Below, piece by piece: positions 29,611 to 39,955 of a DNA stretch of 64,000 bases. This DNA is from an uncultured Nitrososphaerota archaeon (lineage in GTDB: Archaea > Asgardarchaeota > Njordarchaeia > Njordarchaeales > Njordarchaeaceae). Where the stretch lies: contig CAZFGR010000001.1 of assembly GCA_964518475.1 (NCBI GenBank), positions 160,001 through 224,000 on the forward strand, read 5' to 3'. The notes beneath the pieces were generated by a model that was not told where the DNA came from, searched no databases, and saw nothing but the letters and a program-made list of their open reading frames with translations. A program made the translations under genes and the position numbers. Position 1 is the first letter of the stretch, and each line of letters begins with the position of its first letter.

Positions 29611-30597
29611 TTATTCAAAACCAGCTAGTTTTAGAAGATAATGCCACTCTTTCATAACTCTATCTTGTATCTGCTTGATTAAGTCGTCTCTTCTTACTGG
29701 TCTAAATAGGTGAGCAAAGCGTCCTTGTCTTTTCAAGTACTCCTCTACCGGAATAATCTTGTCCGGATTCTTGGCAAGGTACAAGCTTCTATCTGTTATT
29801 CTGTACTCTCTTGTTTCTGGATCAAATTCCCACAATGGATGAAGGCAGGTATCTGTAGCTAATCTTGCTATTTCCATAGAGATGCCTGGATCAAATCTCC
29901 AGCCCCTATCACAGGGTGAGATAGCATGAATGAATGCAGGTCCGTCGTACTCAGCAGCTTTTCTAACCTTTTTCATGAAATCTATCCAGTAGTAGGGATT
30001 TGCTGTAGCCACGTATGCATTGTGATGCGCTGAAATTATAAATCCTATGGGTTTCTTCCACTCTAGTTTCCCAGGAATAACTTTACCCGCTGGACTCGTT
30101 GTTGTTGCTGCATACTGAGGCGTACTTCCAGATCTCTGAATACCAGTATTCATGTAAGCCTCATTATCGTATAGAATATATACAAACTTATGACCTCTTT
30201 CTATGGCTCCAGAAAGTGACTGAAGTCCTATATCATATGTTCCACCATCTCCGCCAAAAACTACGATTGTAGGCAATTCATCTTTCCAAATTCCCTTACG
30301 TTTCAAGACTTTAAAAGCAGCCTCTACTCCTGAGGCCGTTGCTGCAGCGTTTTCAAAAGCATTGTGTATCCATGGTCGTTTCCAAGCTGTGTATGGGAAA
30401 ATCGTTGTTGCTACTTCTAAACAACCTGTAGCATTAACTATGACTGTATTTTCTGGATCAGGTAACGCTCTAAGTGCTAACTTAACTATTACTGGAGCCA
30501 CACAGCCAGCACACATTCTATGGCCAGGGAGAATATAATCTGGTATTTTAGCTATTTCAAAAAGATTAGGCGTCCATTCTTTAGATGTCTTGGCCAT
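29611..30597 (-). CDS. porB: Pyruvate/2-ketoisovalerate:ferredoxin oxidoreductase beta subunit
   Basis: [31 protein letters not shown]. Confidence 0.95.
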   Translation of the reverse strand: MAKTSKEWTPNLFEIAKIPDYILPGHRMCAGCVAPVIVKLALRALPDPENTVIVNATGCLEVATTIFPYTAWKRPWIHNAFENAAATASGVEAAFKVLKRKGIWKDELPTIVVFGGDGGTYDIGLQSLSGAIERGHKFVYILYDNEAYMNTGIQRSGSTPQYAATTTSPAGKVIPGKLEWKKPIGFIISAHHNAYVATANPYYWIDFMKKVRKAAEYDGPAFIHAISPCDRGWRFDPGISMEIARLATDTCLHPLWEFDPETREYRITDRSLYLAKNPDKIIPVEEYLKRQGRFAHLFRPVRRDDLIKQIQDRVMKEWHYLLKLAGFE

Positions 30598-30609
30598 ATA
30601 ATCATCACC

Positions 30610-31851
30610 TCACTCTCTTACACCGAGATACTTTCTCCTAAATGGCTTAATCTTGCCTTTTGCAATATCTACTAACTCATCAAATGCGCTTCTGATCATC
30701 TCTGGTGTTGTATCTCTGCCTCCTAAACCATACACATAGTTAACAACAATTGGTCTCTCAGGTAAATCGTATAATGAGGCCCTAGTCTCGATGAATAATG
30801 GCCCGCCAACTAGACCAGCATCTTGAACTCTATCGAATACTCCTACTACTTTTGCTCTGCTTAAGTACTTAGCTAATCGGTCGTAAGGGAAGGGTCTGTA
30901 CGTCCTAACTCTTAATACTCCGATCTTAATACCCTCCTCCCTCATCTCATCCACAACATATCTCATAGTACCAGCTGTGCTTCCCATAACAACTGCTATA
31001 ATTTCAGCATCTTCTGTTCTATAAGGCACAACAAAACCATCCCCATATCGTCTACCACTAATCTCTGCGTACTGCTCGTGAACTTCCTCGATTACCTTGT
31101 ATGCGTTTTCCATAGCTTCAAATTGCTGTCGTTTGTGCTCAAAATAATAATCGAACAAGTCTAGAGGACCAAAAGTGACCGGTACTGGATTCTTAGGATT
31201 CAGGGACAACTCGACTTCCTTACCCATGAGATTTATTTTAGCAACCTTCCGGGGCCCACCGAGAAACTCTTGGACTACTTTCTCGTCTTTGAAGATCTTT
31301 ATTCGCTCAGCAGTATGGCTTATCAGAAAACCGTCGAAACTAACCATAACGGGCAATAAAACGCGCGGATTTTCAGCAATTTTGTATGCTTGGATTATAG
31401 TATCGTAAACTTCTTGTGCATTCTCACAGAAAAACATTAACCAACTAGCTAGGAAAGCGGAACCTATCGCATCTGTATGATCACAGTGAATGTTTATCGG
31501 TCCAGAAACAGCCCTATTCGCTACTGCCATTACGATGGGTAAACGAAGACTACTAGCTATGTATAGAATTTCATGCATCAGATTGAGACCATTAGCAGCG
31601 GTTGCTGTAAACGCTCTGGCGCCCGCTGCCGCGGCCCCTACACATGCGCTTAAGGCGGAGTGCTCAGATTCCACTGATATGAATTCACAATCTACCTCTC
31701 CGTTCGCAACGAATTCTGAGAACCTCTCTACAATAATTGTCTGTGGAGTAATTGGATACGCAGCAACCACGTCTACGTTACAATGCCTCGCAGCCCAGGC
31801 AGCCGCCTCATCACCATTTAATAGCATATCAATCTGCTCGGCTGGGGACAT
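30610..31851 (-). CDS. porA: 2-oxoacid:ferredoxin oxidoreductase alpha subunit
   Basis: AYPITPQT, VESEHSA, YGLGGRD. Confidence 0.95.
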   Translation of the reverse strand: MSPAEQIDMLLNGDEAAAWAARHCNVDVVAAYPITPQTIIVERFSEFVANGEVDCEFISVESEHSALSACVGAAAAGARAFTATAANGLNLMHEILYIASSLRLPIVMAVANRAVSGPINIHCDHTDAIGSAFLASWLMFFCENAQEVYDTIIQAYKIAENPRVLLPVMVSFDGFLISHTAERIKIFKDEKVVQEFLGGPRKVAKINLMGKEVELSLNPKNPVPVTFGPLDLFDYYFEHKRQQFEAMENAYKVIEEVHEQYAEISGRRYGDGFVVPYRTEDAEIIAVVMGSTAGTMRYVVDEMREEGIKIGVLRVRTYRPFPYDRLAKYLSRAKVVGVFDRVQDAGLVGGPLFIETRASLYDLPERPIVVNYVYGLGGRDTTPEMIRSAFDELVDIAKGKIKPFRRKYLGVRE

Positions 31852-32156
31852 TATTCCTCACCTCCCTCAGGTATCATTGTAATCGCTTTAACGGGACAAA
31901 CATTCGCACAAATTCCACATCCTTTACAGTGATCATAATCGTAATATACTCTCTTTGGTTTCTTGCCATCTGGCTCCCATTCAATCCTTATGGACATATC
32001 TGGACAATAGAGCCAGCACTGGAGGCAACGAGTACATTTTTTATCATCGATAACAGGTCTGAAAGCTCGCCAATCTCCTGTTTTATATTCCGTACTCGGC
32101 TTAAAGGGCACTCCAGCAATAGGTATTTCCTTCCAACTTTTCAGTTCGCTACTCAT
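31851..32156 (-). CDS. porD: 2-oxoacid:ferredoxin oxidoreductase delta subunit
   Basis: KTGDWR and two 4Fe-4S motifs. Confidence 0.95.
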   Translation of the reverse strand: MSSELKSWKEIPIAGVPFKPSTEYKTGDWRAFRPVIDDKKCTRCLQCWLYCPDMSIRIEWEPDGKKPKRVYYDYDHCKGCGICANVCPVKAITMIPEGGEE

Positions 32157-32734
32157 GCCTTTTTCACCTCTTCATATGCTTTCTTAATCGCTTGAATATT
32201 TCTTTCAACAATTTCTTCGGGGAGTCTCGCTCCGAGGACTTTCTTAACCGCCTCGATTAAGCTATTTAACTTAATGATTTTTTCTTCCGTCGCCTTAACG
32301 AAAGCTCCTAACATAGCAGTATTAGCTATCGGTCTACCAATGATGTCAAGAGCTATTTTTACAGCGTTAACACTCCAGATTTCAACATTCTCGTCAACAC
32401 CAAGTTCTTTTCTAAGGACTTCTGGTGGTTTAGGATACGTAGCAATGATCTTACCTCCTTCTCTAATACCGCTTTTAGCTCTATCTACCAATGTGGGATC
32501 GATGACAATTATATAATCAGCCTCTGTTATACCACAATGCATGTGAATGGGCTCTTCACCAATCCTAGCATAGGCGGTTACTGGTGCCCCTGATCTCTCA
32601 GGTCCAAACTCTGGAAAACTCTGAGCATACTTCCCCTCTATAACAGCTGCCTGCGCAAGAATTAAGCTAGCAGTCCATGCACCCTGACCACCACGTCCAT
32701 GAATACGTATTTCGTAGAAATTACGCTTCACCAC
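32153..32734 (-). CDS. porG: 2-oxoacid:ferredoxin oxidoreductase gamma subunit
   Basis: EIRIHGRGGQG, FGPERSGAPV, NTAMLGA. Confidence 0.95.
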   Translation of the reverse strand: MVKRNFYEIRIHGRGGQGAWTASLILAQAAVIEGKYAQSFPEFGPERSGAPVTAYARIGEEPIHMHCGITEADYIIVIDPTLVDRAKSGIREGGKIIATYPKPPEVLRKELGVDENVEIWSVNAVKIALDIIGRPIANTAMLGAFVKATEEKIIKLNSLIEAVKKVLGARLPEEIVERNIQAIKKAYEEVKKA

Positions 32735-33021
32735 GATCCACCTTACCCAAAACACTAAATTAGTTACTTAAATTACAATTTCGAAAAGCTTGAGAAAAAT
32801 ACATAAAAAAAGATTATGTTATATATTCTAAAAATAAGGATAAGAATACGGGAAAAATTCTTTAATGAAAAGTTGTTTTGTTAAAAAGAATGAACTGAAA
32901 TTATTCTTAAATGATTGAGCAGACAAGTTACCAGAAAACAAGCATAAAATTTAAAAGACAATCAGAAGGACGTGTAGTATATATTTTAGAAGAGTATGGG
33001 CCGGTAGCTCAGCCCGGGTAG

Positions 33022-33040
33022 ACCGAGCTATCGGGCTCAT
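33022..33040 (+). other. tRNA intron at non-canonical position 22/23 (19 nt)
   Basis: GGGT-AG^A-CCGA-gcta-TCGG-GCTC-AT^A; central helix has two G.U pairs. Confidence 0.8.
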
Positions 33041-33055
33041 AGCGTCCGGCTCTTA

Positions 33056-33091
33056 AACCCACCAGAGTATTACTCTGGTGGGTCTAGAGAA
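33056..33091 (+). other. tRNA intron at canonical position 37/38 (36 nt)
   Basis: CTCT-TA^A-ACCCACCAGAGT-att-ACTCTGGTGGGT-ct-AGAG-AA^A; relaxed BHB. Confidence 0.9.
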
Positions 33092-33230
33092 ACCGGATGG
33101 TCGCGGGTTCAAATCCCGCCCGGCCCGCCAAAACGCTTCTTTAAGTATGTTCTTATCTCCTCCTATTGTCTATCCCTACTCCCCAAAGCACTCTCTACAC
33201 TCTACTTTTGTGCATAGTATAGGTTATGTT

Positions 33231-33971
33231 CTATTTTTCCACGCCGTAGACCCCTTTTAGATATACAAAGCGTACTGGTTCCAGTTTCTCAATGAGGATG
33301 TCGTCTTCTTTTTCTCCTTTTTTAGTTACTCTTATTAGATCTTGCCAAAATCCCTTCCCAAGAGGCATTATTAATTTTCCACCGACTTTTAATTGTTTTA
33401 TTAGGGGAGGTGGTATTTGATCGCCTGCAGCTGTGACGATTATTGCGTCAAATTTTCTGGAGGTGTCAGGCCATCCTAATGTACCATCGCCGTGTATGAT
33501 TTCTATACATCTTGTATAGCATAATCTCTCTAAGTTTTCCTTCGCATAGCGGTATAATCGTTCAGAAATTTCTATTGTGCAAACGGGTTTTTTCTCTTTG
33601 CACTCTATTATTTCCCCTTCCTGATTTTTTTCACATACAATTTCGGCTATTAAAGCTGCTTGATAACCGCTACCAGTTCCTATTTCTAGCACTTCATCTC
33701 CTTCTTTTAATCCGGCATACTCGCAGAGAAGAAGAGACATGCTTATAGCTGAAATCGTAGCACCGTCCATCAATGGCAAAGGCTCATCCACATACGCGTA
33801 CCTTAAATACTTGGGGAGCACAAACTCTTCTCTAGGGACTCTAAGAAAGGCTCTTAAAACACGATCGGAAACTAATTTGATCCTCTTGAAAAACTCATAA
33901 AGATCTTTTTTATCTTCTTGCAGTTTTTTCCTTAGATCCTCGGGTATCTGGCGTCTTGCTTTACATCTCAC
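33231..33971 (-). CDS. pcm: Protein-L-isoaspartate O-methyltransferase
   Basis: VPREEFV, AYVDEPL, VLEIGTGSGYQAA, GDGTLGW, FDAIIVTAA. Confidence 0.95.
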   Translation of the reverse strand: MRCKARRQIPEDLRKKLQEDKKDLYEFFKRIKLVSDRVLRAFLRVPREEFVLPKYLRYAYVDEPLPLMDGATISAISMSLLLCEYAGLKEGDEVLEIGTGSGYQAALIAEIVCEKNQEGEIIECKEKKPVCTIEISERLYRYAKENLERLCYTRCIEIIHGDGTLGWPDTSRKFDAIIVTAAGDQIPPPLIKQLKVGGKLIMPLGKGFWQDLIRVTKKGEKEDDILIEKLEPVRFVYLKGVYGVEK

Positions 33972-34098
33972 TAGACTCCCCGCTCTTTACTCTAAACCTT
34001 GTAATTTCATGAAGACTTCTTACTCATTTATATAATCTGAAAAAATAATTGTAGTTTTATGAGTAGTTATCATTCCCTGGTGACAAATTTTGTCTTCT

Positions 34099-36102
34099 AT
34101 GAGATCATCCAAAGATGAGAAAAAAGAGAAAGAAGAAGTTATTTCAGAGGAAGAGTTGATTGAGTCATTACTATCAGGAGTAAGATTAGCTGAAAAGGAA
34201 CGCATAGAGAATAAAGATGCTATTGTGATAAAAGCGGATGCCATAGAAATCGAGGAAGGCTTCACTCCTAAGATCCCAGGGGAGGAGATAATCTCATTCG
34301 ATCAAGTCTTTCATGAAAAAATGAATAAAATAACCGATGAGATTGGCCAAACACTTCAAACGTTTCAAAAAGATTTCAAAGACATGCTACGCTCTCAGTT
34401 AATGGATTTACGTTCTGCTCTTAGACAATTAGGAGCTGATATTGCAAGATCTTTTGCTGAAAAACTACGACTACGATTTACGGAACGTCATCTTAAAAAA
34501 TTGTACCAAGATGTTACTGAACGTGTACTATCTGGAAGGGAAAGGGAAATATTTACATCTCTTATTAACTCTGTGAAACCCCTCTATGCTAAATTAAACG
34601 ACCGCTTAAAAACTCTTCAGAGAGATCTATATGACATCAAGAGATTATACGAGGAGTGGATCTTTGGATACACTTCTCTACTTTCTGAAGAGATAAGACG
34701 ATCAAAAGAAGAGATAGATGAGCTCGTAGAAAGACAGAGAGAGTTATTAAGTGAGATAGAGCACTGGAAGAATAAAGTTACAGAACTTGAAAAGTTGCTT
34801 AGAGAAAAAGAAGCTGAAATAGAACAATTAAGGAAGGCCACTCACATAGCGCCTCCCCAAGAATTATCAGAGTTACAAGAGACTATAAAGAATCTCAAAG
34901 TAAAGATTGCTGAAAGAGAGAAAATAATCTCCGATCTGCGTAATGAGCTAGAAAAAGTCAAGCGCGAATACGATTCTGTTCTTAAAAACCTAGAAACAAA
35001 AATAAAGTTGTTAGAGAAAGCTAGAGACCTATTGAAAACGCAGACACGGCTATTCTACGAGAGAACTCAGGAGTTGAAAAAAGAAATTGCCAAACGTGAC
35101 AATGAGATAAAGCAACTCCGAGAAAAAATAGAGACGTTGATCAGTAGAGAATATGCCAAGAAACTGCAGGATAGAATAAGAGAACTTGAAGAAGAACTTA
35201 ACAAAAAGGAAGAAGAGATTAGGAAGCTTAGCGAGAAACTCATAAAGATCAAAGAAGAAACAGTTCCATTAGAGGATTATAATGAATTAAAAGCTGAGTA
35301 TGACGAGCTAAAGAAAAGGTATGAAGAATCCATGGAGAAGCTTCATGAAAAAGAACTAAGAATAAAAGAATTAGAAGGAAGATTAAAAACACTTCAAGAA
35401 GAACTGGGTGGTTTAGAAGAATTAAGTAAGATAAAAGAAACCTATGAACATCAACTTCGTGAAAAGGAAGCCAAAATAAGAGAGCTGGAAGGAAAACTAG
35501 CGGAACTCCAAAATGTTAGACAGTTATTAGAAAGTTGGTTTAGCGAGTTAAAGGGGCTAAGAGAAGTTGGTAAAGTCGTCGAAGAAGAAGCTATGAGAGA
35601 AGAAATGCGGTTAAGATACGATGAGGTATTATCTGAGATAAGAAGAGAGTTCTCAGAACTCCATGAGGAACTATCTCAAAAATCTAAAGAAATAGCTAGA
35701 TTAAGAGCAGATAATAAAGCTCTCCAAGAGCAAATCAATGTATTAAAGTCGCAAATAGAAGAGGCAAAGAAGAGAGAAGAAGAACTTGTTAAGGAATTAG
35801 AGGAGTATAGGACTAAAGCATTAAGATTGGAGAGTGAAAATAACCAATTAAAAGCTAAACTAGCTGAACTAGAAAATAATGTGAAGGATTCTACTAAAGC
35901 ATTAGAAGAGCTGAAAAAAATTCTAGAGAAGACTCTTATCGGAAAGGCTTTCCTTATAATCAGGGACTTAAAGTCGATTCCCCTAGACTCCCTAGCAGCC
36001 ACACTAGGCGTAAATAAATTACAACTCCAGAGGGAGCTCTTAAAACTTGTTAGAGAAGGACTATTAAAGATTGAAGGCGATAGAGTCACTTATAGCGGAT
36101 AA
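34099..36102 (+). CDS. Long coiled-coil protein with C-terminal winged helix
   Basis: About 500 aa of E/K/L heptads; LAATLGVNKLQLQRELLKLVREGLLKI. Confidence 0.8.
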   Translation: MRSSKDEKKEKEEVISEEELIESLLSGVRLAEKERIENKDAIVIKADAIEIEEGFTPKIPGEEIISFDQVFHEKMNKITDEIGQTLQTFQKDFKDMLRSQLMDLRSALRQLGADIARSFAEKLRLRFTERHLKKLYQDVTERVLSGREREIFTSLINSVKPLYAKLNDRLKTLQRDLYDIKRLYEEWIFGYTSLLSEEIRRSKEEIDELVERQRELLSEIEHWKNKVTELEKLLREKEAEIEQLRKATHIAPPQELSELQETIKNLKVKIAEREKIISDLRNELEKVKREYDSVLKNLETKIKLLEKARDLLKTQTRLFYERTQELKKEIAKRDNEIKQLREKIETLISREYAKKLQDRIRELEEELNKKEEEIRKLSEKLIKIKEETVPLEDYNELKAEYDELKKRYEESMEKLHEKELRIKELEGRLKTLQEELGGLEELSKIKETYEHQLREKEAKIRELEGKLAELQNVRQLLESWFSELKGLREVGKVVEEEAMREEMRLRYDEVLSEIRREFSELHEELSQKSKEIARLRADNKALQEQINVLKSQIEEAKKREEELVKELEEYRTKALRLESENNQLKAKLAELENNVKDSTKALEELKKILEKTLIGKAFLIIRDLKSIPLDSLAATLGVNKLQLQRELLKLVREGLLKIEGDRVTYSG

Positions 36103-36236
36103 TGCGGTCTTCTATTCTTCCTCCTAAAACCCAGTAAAAGCGTAAAAAATTACTACAAATCTGACTCTACCTTTTAATAGTTCCAAAATTCGAAAGATTT
36201 TTCCAGGGTCAAAAAGCAACTATTGTGTGAAAGAGA

Positions 36237-38528
36237 ATGCGAAAAGCCATTAAATTCATCATCGTAAGTATGCTAGTGTTATCTTTCATGATTCACGCAC
36301 CTAATAATGACAGAACTATACAGATTGAGAAGAATAAAGAAGAAGCAAGCCATCACCACTATTCTCTATCCCCTTTAGGATCAATTATTGTGACTCATTA
36401 TACTATTGCCCAAGCAGCGGCGGATAATTATCTTGGAGCGTATGTTCGTGGAGAAGATGCTGTAAGAATTACTGGTACACTCCTTGATAGTACGACTGGA
36501 GAGCCAATAACTGGGGCTATTGTTTATCTATATCTTAATGTCATAGATAATGATCACCTCTTAGCAGAAAACACAACCGATTCGCAGGGAAGATTTTATT
36601 TCAGTGTTACTCTCCCGATTAATGCACCCCTTGGTAATTCCACACTAATTGTGCATTTTCCTGGTGATATAGAAAAACCGTATGGCCCTGCTAACTCTAC
36701 GTATATCGTAACGATTTATGGACGTGTTTTTGTGACCCTTTCGGCTTCAGCAAATTTAGTCCCGCTCTTCATGAAAAATACTACATGTACTGCTCGCGTT
36801 CTTTGGGATAATGGAACATTAGTGAGTGGAAGACCTTTACCACTAAATATCTCGGTCGCACTAGAAAACACGATTCTTAATAATTTCTTGGTTAATACTA
36901 CTAGTGGTTACGTAACGTTTCCAGTAAATTTCACCGATCCTGGTAATTATTATGTTACTGCCACGCTTCACATAGATACTGTCCGAAAAACCATAACTCC
37001 TTACGTTCTTACTGATAGTCAGATTCTCTTTTCAAACGGCACTGTTGTTGGCCCTCCAGAATCCTCTGATAACTTAACCGTACAAGTTTATTTAGCTAAT
37101 AAGATAGATCTCTCGTTCCAGCAAGGCACACTGGTAGATGTTTTTCATGCTAGTAGATTAGGGAATATCGTAATAATCTATGGAAAATTCTATAATGTGA
37201 CTGGAGACCCTACAACCGCTGATATTTCTATAGTGATCTATAATGAGGAGTTCCTCAGAGTGTTCAATATAACAACAGCTGATGATGGCTCGTTTAGTTT
37301 ACAACTAATCATCAATGAAACCTATCGGGCTGGGAAATATTTTATTTACGCAAGGGATCTCAACCCAACAACCGTGGATCTTAGTACTAACCTAACTCTT
37401 TATGTTCAAACGGTGGCCAAAATTATCAATTTCTCAACTAACGGAACTGGTAGAATGGTTCGCTCTGGATCTATAATATACTATACGGGAGCAGTGATTG
37501 ATGCAATTGACCAAGTTGCTCTTGCTAATTTATCCTTGTTAGTTACTGTCTCTATAGGCCAAATAAGAACTGAAAAAACCATTATTACAGATTCTTTGGG
37601 CAACTTTTATGATTATCTCAAACTACCCGATGATATCCCATTCCCTAATATTGTGTTATCAGTAACAGTCGTTTCTAATGACACGCTTATAGGGGATAGC
37701 GTATACGCTGATATCACCGTATATAACTTTCTTATTTTAGAGGTACACATAAATGACACGCTATTTTTATGGAATTATCGCCAAGGAAATTTACTAGCGT
37801 ATAATCAAACATCGTTAAGTGTACCTTCTAACACGACCTTAATATTAAAGCTCAAATTCTTTAATGATTTCAATCAATCAATACCCAAAGCATTAGTCAT
37901 AGTAAGTGTCGCTAATAGAACATATGTTGACCACTTAAATGAGAACGGGGAACTTTCCTGGTCTTTTAGGCTAATAAATGAAAGTTTGTTAAAAGTAACT
38001 TTGCCAGACTTCAATATATCCGTAGCCATTGATTTAATACCCCAATTCGAAGAGACACCACAACAATTTATTATTCGAGGACCCTTCTATTATATTCTCT
38101 TTGCCTTTATAATTATAGGCATTGCTTCGATGATTGCTACACGGGAATACCAGCTTAGCTTAACAAATATCCGAAAAATCTTTCGAAAGAATCCAGAGTG
38201 GTTAGTTTTGTTTGAGGAGGCTAAAAATTATCTACTAGGAAATGATATAATAGGTGGATTATTGACTATTAGAAAAGCTCTTATAGAACTCTCAAGGGAA
38301 TTCAACTTACATATCGAGAACTGGATGACACTCAGGGAAATCATAAGAGAATACTCAGAGAAAATTAAAGACAAGAAATTATTATCGATGATCACTCAGT
38401 TAGGTATGCTATATGAGAGTGTTATTTATGGATTAAAGAAACCTCATCAGAAAGATATCTTAGAGACAATAAATGTAATTGATAATCTAATAAATTCTGT
38501 ACAGACAATACTCAGTGAGGAGAAATGA
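36237..38528 (+). CDS. Secreted/membrane-anchored Ig-like glycoprotein with C-terminal DUF4129-like domain
   Basis: Signal peptide, beta-rich repeats (TTDSQGRF, TADDGSF, TDSLGNF), many N-x-S/T sites, TM helix, WMTLRE. Confidence 0.75.
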   Translation: MRKAIKFIIVSMLVLSFMIHAPNNDRTIQIEKNKEEASHHHYSLSPLGSIIVTHYTIAQAAADNYLGAYVRGEDAVRITGTLLDSTTGEPITGAIVYLYLNVIDNDHLLAENTTDSQGRFYFSVTLPINAPLGNSTLIVHFPGDIEKPYGPANSTYIVTIYGRVFVTLSASANLVPLFMKNTTCTARVLWDNGTLVSGRPLPLNISVALENTILNNFLVNTTSGYVTFPVNFTDPGNYYVTATLHIDTVRKTITPYVLTDSQILFSNGTVVGPPESSDNLTVQVYLANKIDLSFQQGTLVDVFHASRLGNIVIIYGKFYNVTGDPTTADISIVIYNEEFLRVFNITTADDGSFSLQLIINETYRAGKYFIYARDLNPTTVDLSTNLTLYVQTVAKIINFSTNGTGRMVRSGSIIYYTGAVIDAIDQVALANLSLLVTVSIGQIRTEKTIITDSLGNFYDYLKLPDDIPFPNIVLSVTVVSNDTLIGDSVYADITVYNFLILEVHINDTLFLWNYRQGNLLAYNQTSLSVPSNTTLILKLKFFNDFNQSIPKALVIVSVANRTYVDHLNENGELSWSFRLINESLLKVTLPDFNISVAIDLIPQFEETPQQFIIRGPFYYILFAFIIIGIASMIATREYQLSLTNIRKIFRKNPEWLVLFEEAKNYLLGNDIIGGLLTIRKALIELSREFNLHIENWMTLREIIREYSEKIKDKKLLSMITQLGMLYESVIYGLKKPHQKDILETINVIDNLINSVQTILSEEK

Positions 38529-39952
38529 AAAAATTAAGCTTTGTCAAATTAGTGTTTATCTTAGCCATTGTTTTTTCTACGTATCCTATTCTAGCTGGTT
38601 ACTTTAACCTAATGGTCGGTTCTGCTCAATTTTCAATACTAAATGATGGAGAGAATGGGTTATCCTTGCTAAGGAGAGAGTTGGAAAATTCTGGGTTTAA
38701 GACGAAGATAATAGTGTCTTCATTGAATATTCTCAGAAGAATAAACGAAAGTTCTGTTCTAGTTATTATAGCTCCTACATTATCTTTCACAATCGAGGAA
38801 GCGATAACAATATTAGACTTCCTCATGCGTGGAAATGGTGTTTTGATAGTTGATGATTTCTCGAAAGCAAATTCTCTTCTCCAACATGTATGGACAATAA
38901 TAAGTCTCTCACAAAAGTTCCTACAAGGGACTCAAGATGTCATTTTTGAGGGCATATTCTTTAATACCACAGCCACATTGGTAGATGCAGGAAGCTTCTA
39001 TAAAACACCAACGAATCCCGTGATCACAAACTTTAATGATTTTTATGGAATACTTTCCCCTACCGTGAAAAAGATCGTGACATCATTTCCTTCCATTCTC
39101 TCATTAAGAATTAAGATACGCCATGGAAATCAATGGATCTCGATAACTACTCCGCTTCCAGGATTTATAGGATTACTATCAAGTACTGAATATAGTTGGC
39201 TAGAAACTAACTTAACTTCAGCGATAAATGGAGAAATGACACCAGATCCTTGGGAATGGGGAGGTATCCCCTTTTCCTTAGGTATAGCAGTAGAGTTACC
39301 ATCCATGGGTAGATTAGTGCTGATATCTGATCCTGATATCTTTTCAAATAAACTTTTAGAACTGCAAGAGTTTGATAACGCCGATTTCTCCACCAGCATT
39401 ATTAGATGGCTCGCGAAGGATCAACCTGCTCTCGTGTTATTTGATGAAAGCCATCTCTCTCACGCAATATATGATCCATTGTATGGATTTTCACTCGTAT
39501 ACAAAGCCGTTATTTTTCTCTCATATTCATGGCTTGTAGCCCCCGCTGTTCCTTTATCTATAATCTCTACGCTTTTAGCTTATGTTCCTCGTAGAACTAG
39601 ATTTAGACCAAGGATAATGAGTAGAGTAGAGAGATTGCTGGGTTCTCCATGGCTGGAAAGCAGAATTTCCTGGTATAAACGTTCCCGCAACTATAGACAT
39701 ATGGCATCAGTGCTGTTAAGTTCGATTCTATTTGATATTAAAAGGCTCTATGGTATATGGAGTGAAAGGCTGGATGATGTTCTTGATGAATTATTTGCTT
39801 ATCATCCCGAGATTGCAAAGTATGCATCAGATATTAAGGAAACTCTTCAAACTCTTGATGAAATATCACATGGTAAGCAAAAAATAAATGAGGAAAAACT
39901 CACTGTTCTTGTTGAGAAAGTAAAACAAATTAGAACAATTCTGAGGAGATAA
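38525..39952 (+). CDS. DUF4350-like membrane protein of MoxR locus
   Basis: FSILNDGENGLS, GRLVLISDPDIFSN, LFDESH. Confidence 0.75.
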   Translation: MKKLSFVKLVFILAIVFSTYPILAGYFNLMVGSAQFSILNDGENGLSLLRRELENSGFKTKIIVSSLNILRRINESSVLVIIAPTLSFTIEEAITILDFLMRGNGVLIVDDFSKANSLLQHVWTIISLSQKFLQGTQDVIFEGIFFNTTATLVDAGSFYKTPTNPVITNFNDFYGILSPTVKKIVTSFPSILSLRIKIRHGNQWISITTPLPGFIGLLSSTEYSWLETNLTSAINGEMTPDPWEWGGIPFSLGIAVELPSMGRLVLISDPDIFSNKLLELQEFDNADFSTSIIRWLAKDQPALVLFDESHLSHAIYDPLYGFSLVYKAVIFLSYSWLVAPAVPLSIISTLLAYVPRRTRFRPRIMSRVERLLGSPWLESRISWYKRSRNYRHMASVLLSSILFDIKRLYGIWSERLDDVLDELFAYHPEIAKYASDIKETLQTLDEISHGKQKINEEKLTVLVEKVKQIRTILRR

Positions 39953-39955
39953 TCT

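Larger units (their letters stand above)
32998..33130 (+). tRNA. tRNA-Lys(CUU) with two introns and encoded CCA
   Basis: Acceptor GGGCCGG/CCGGCCC, T-arm GCGGG-TTCAAAT-CCCGC; removing both introns gives D stem GCTC/GAGC and anticodon arm TCCGG-CTCTTAA-CCGGA. Confidence 0.93.

Noticed and set aside
33078-33260. 60-aa ORF from the track
   Set aside because: Overlaps the tRNA-Lys gene; spurious.
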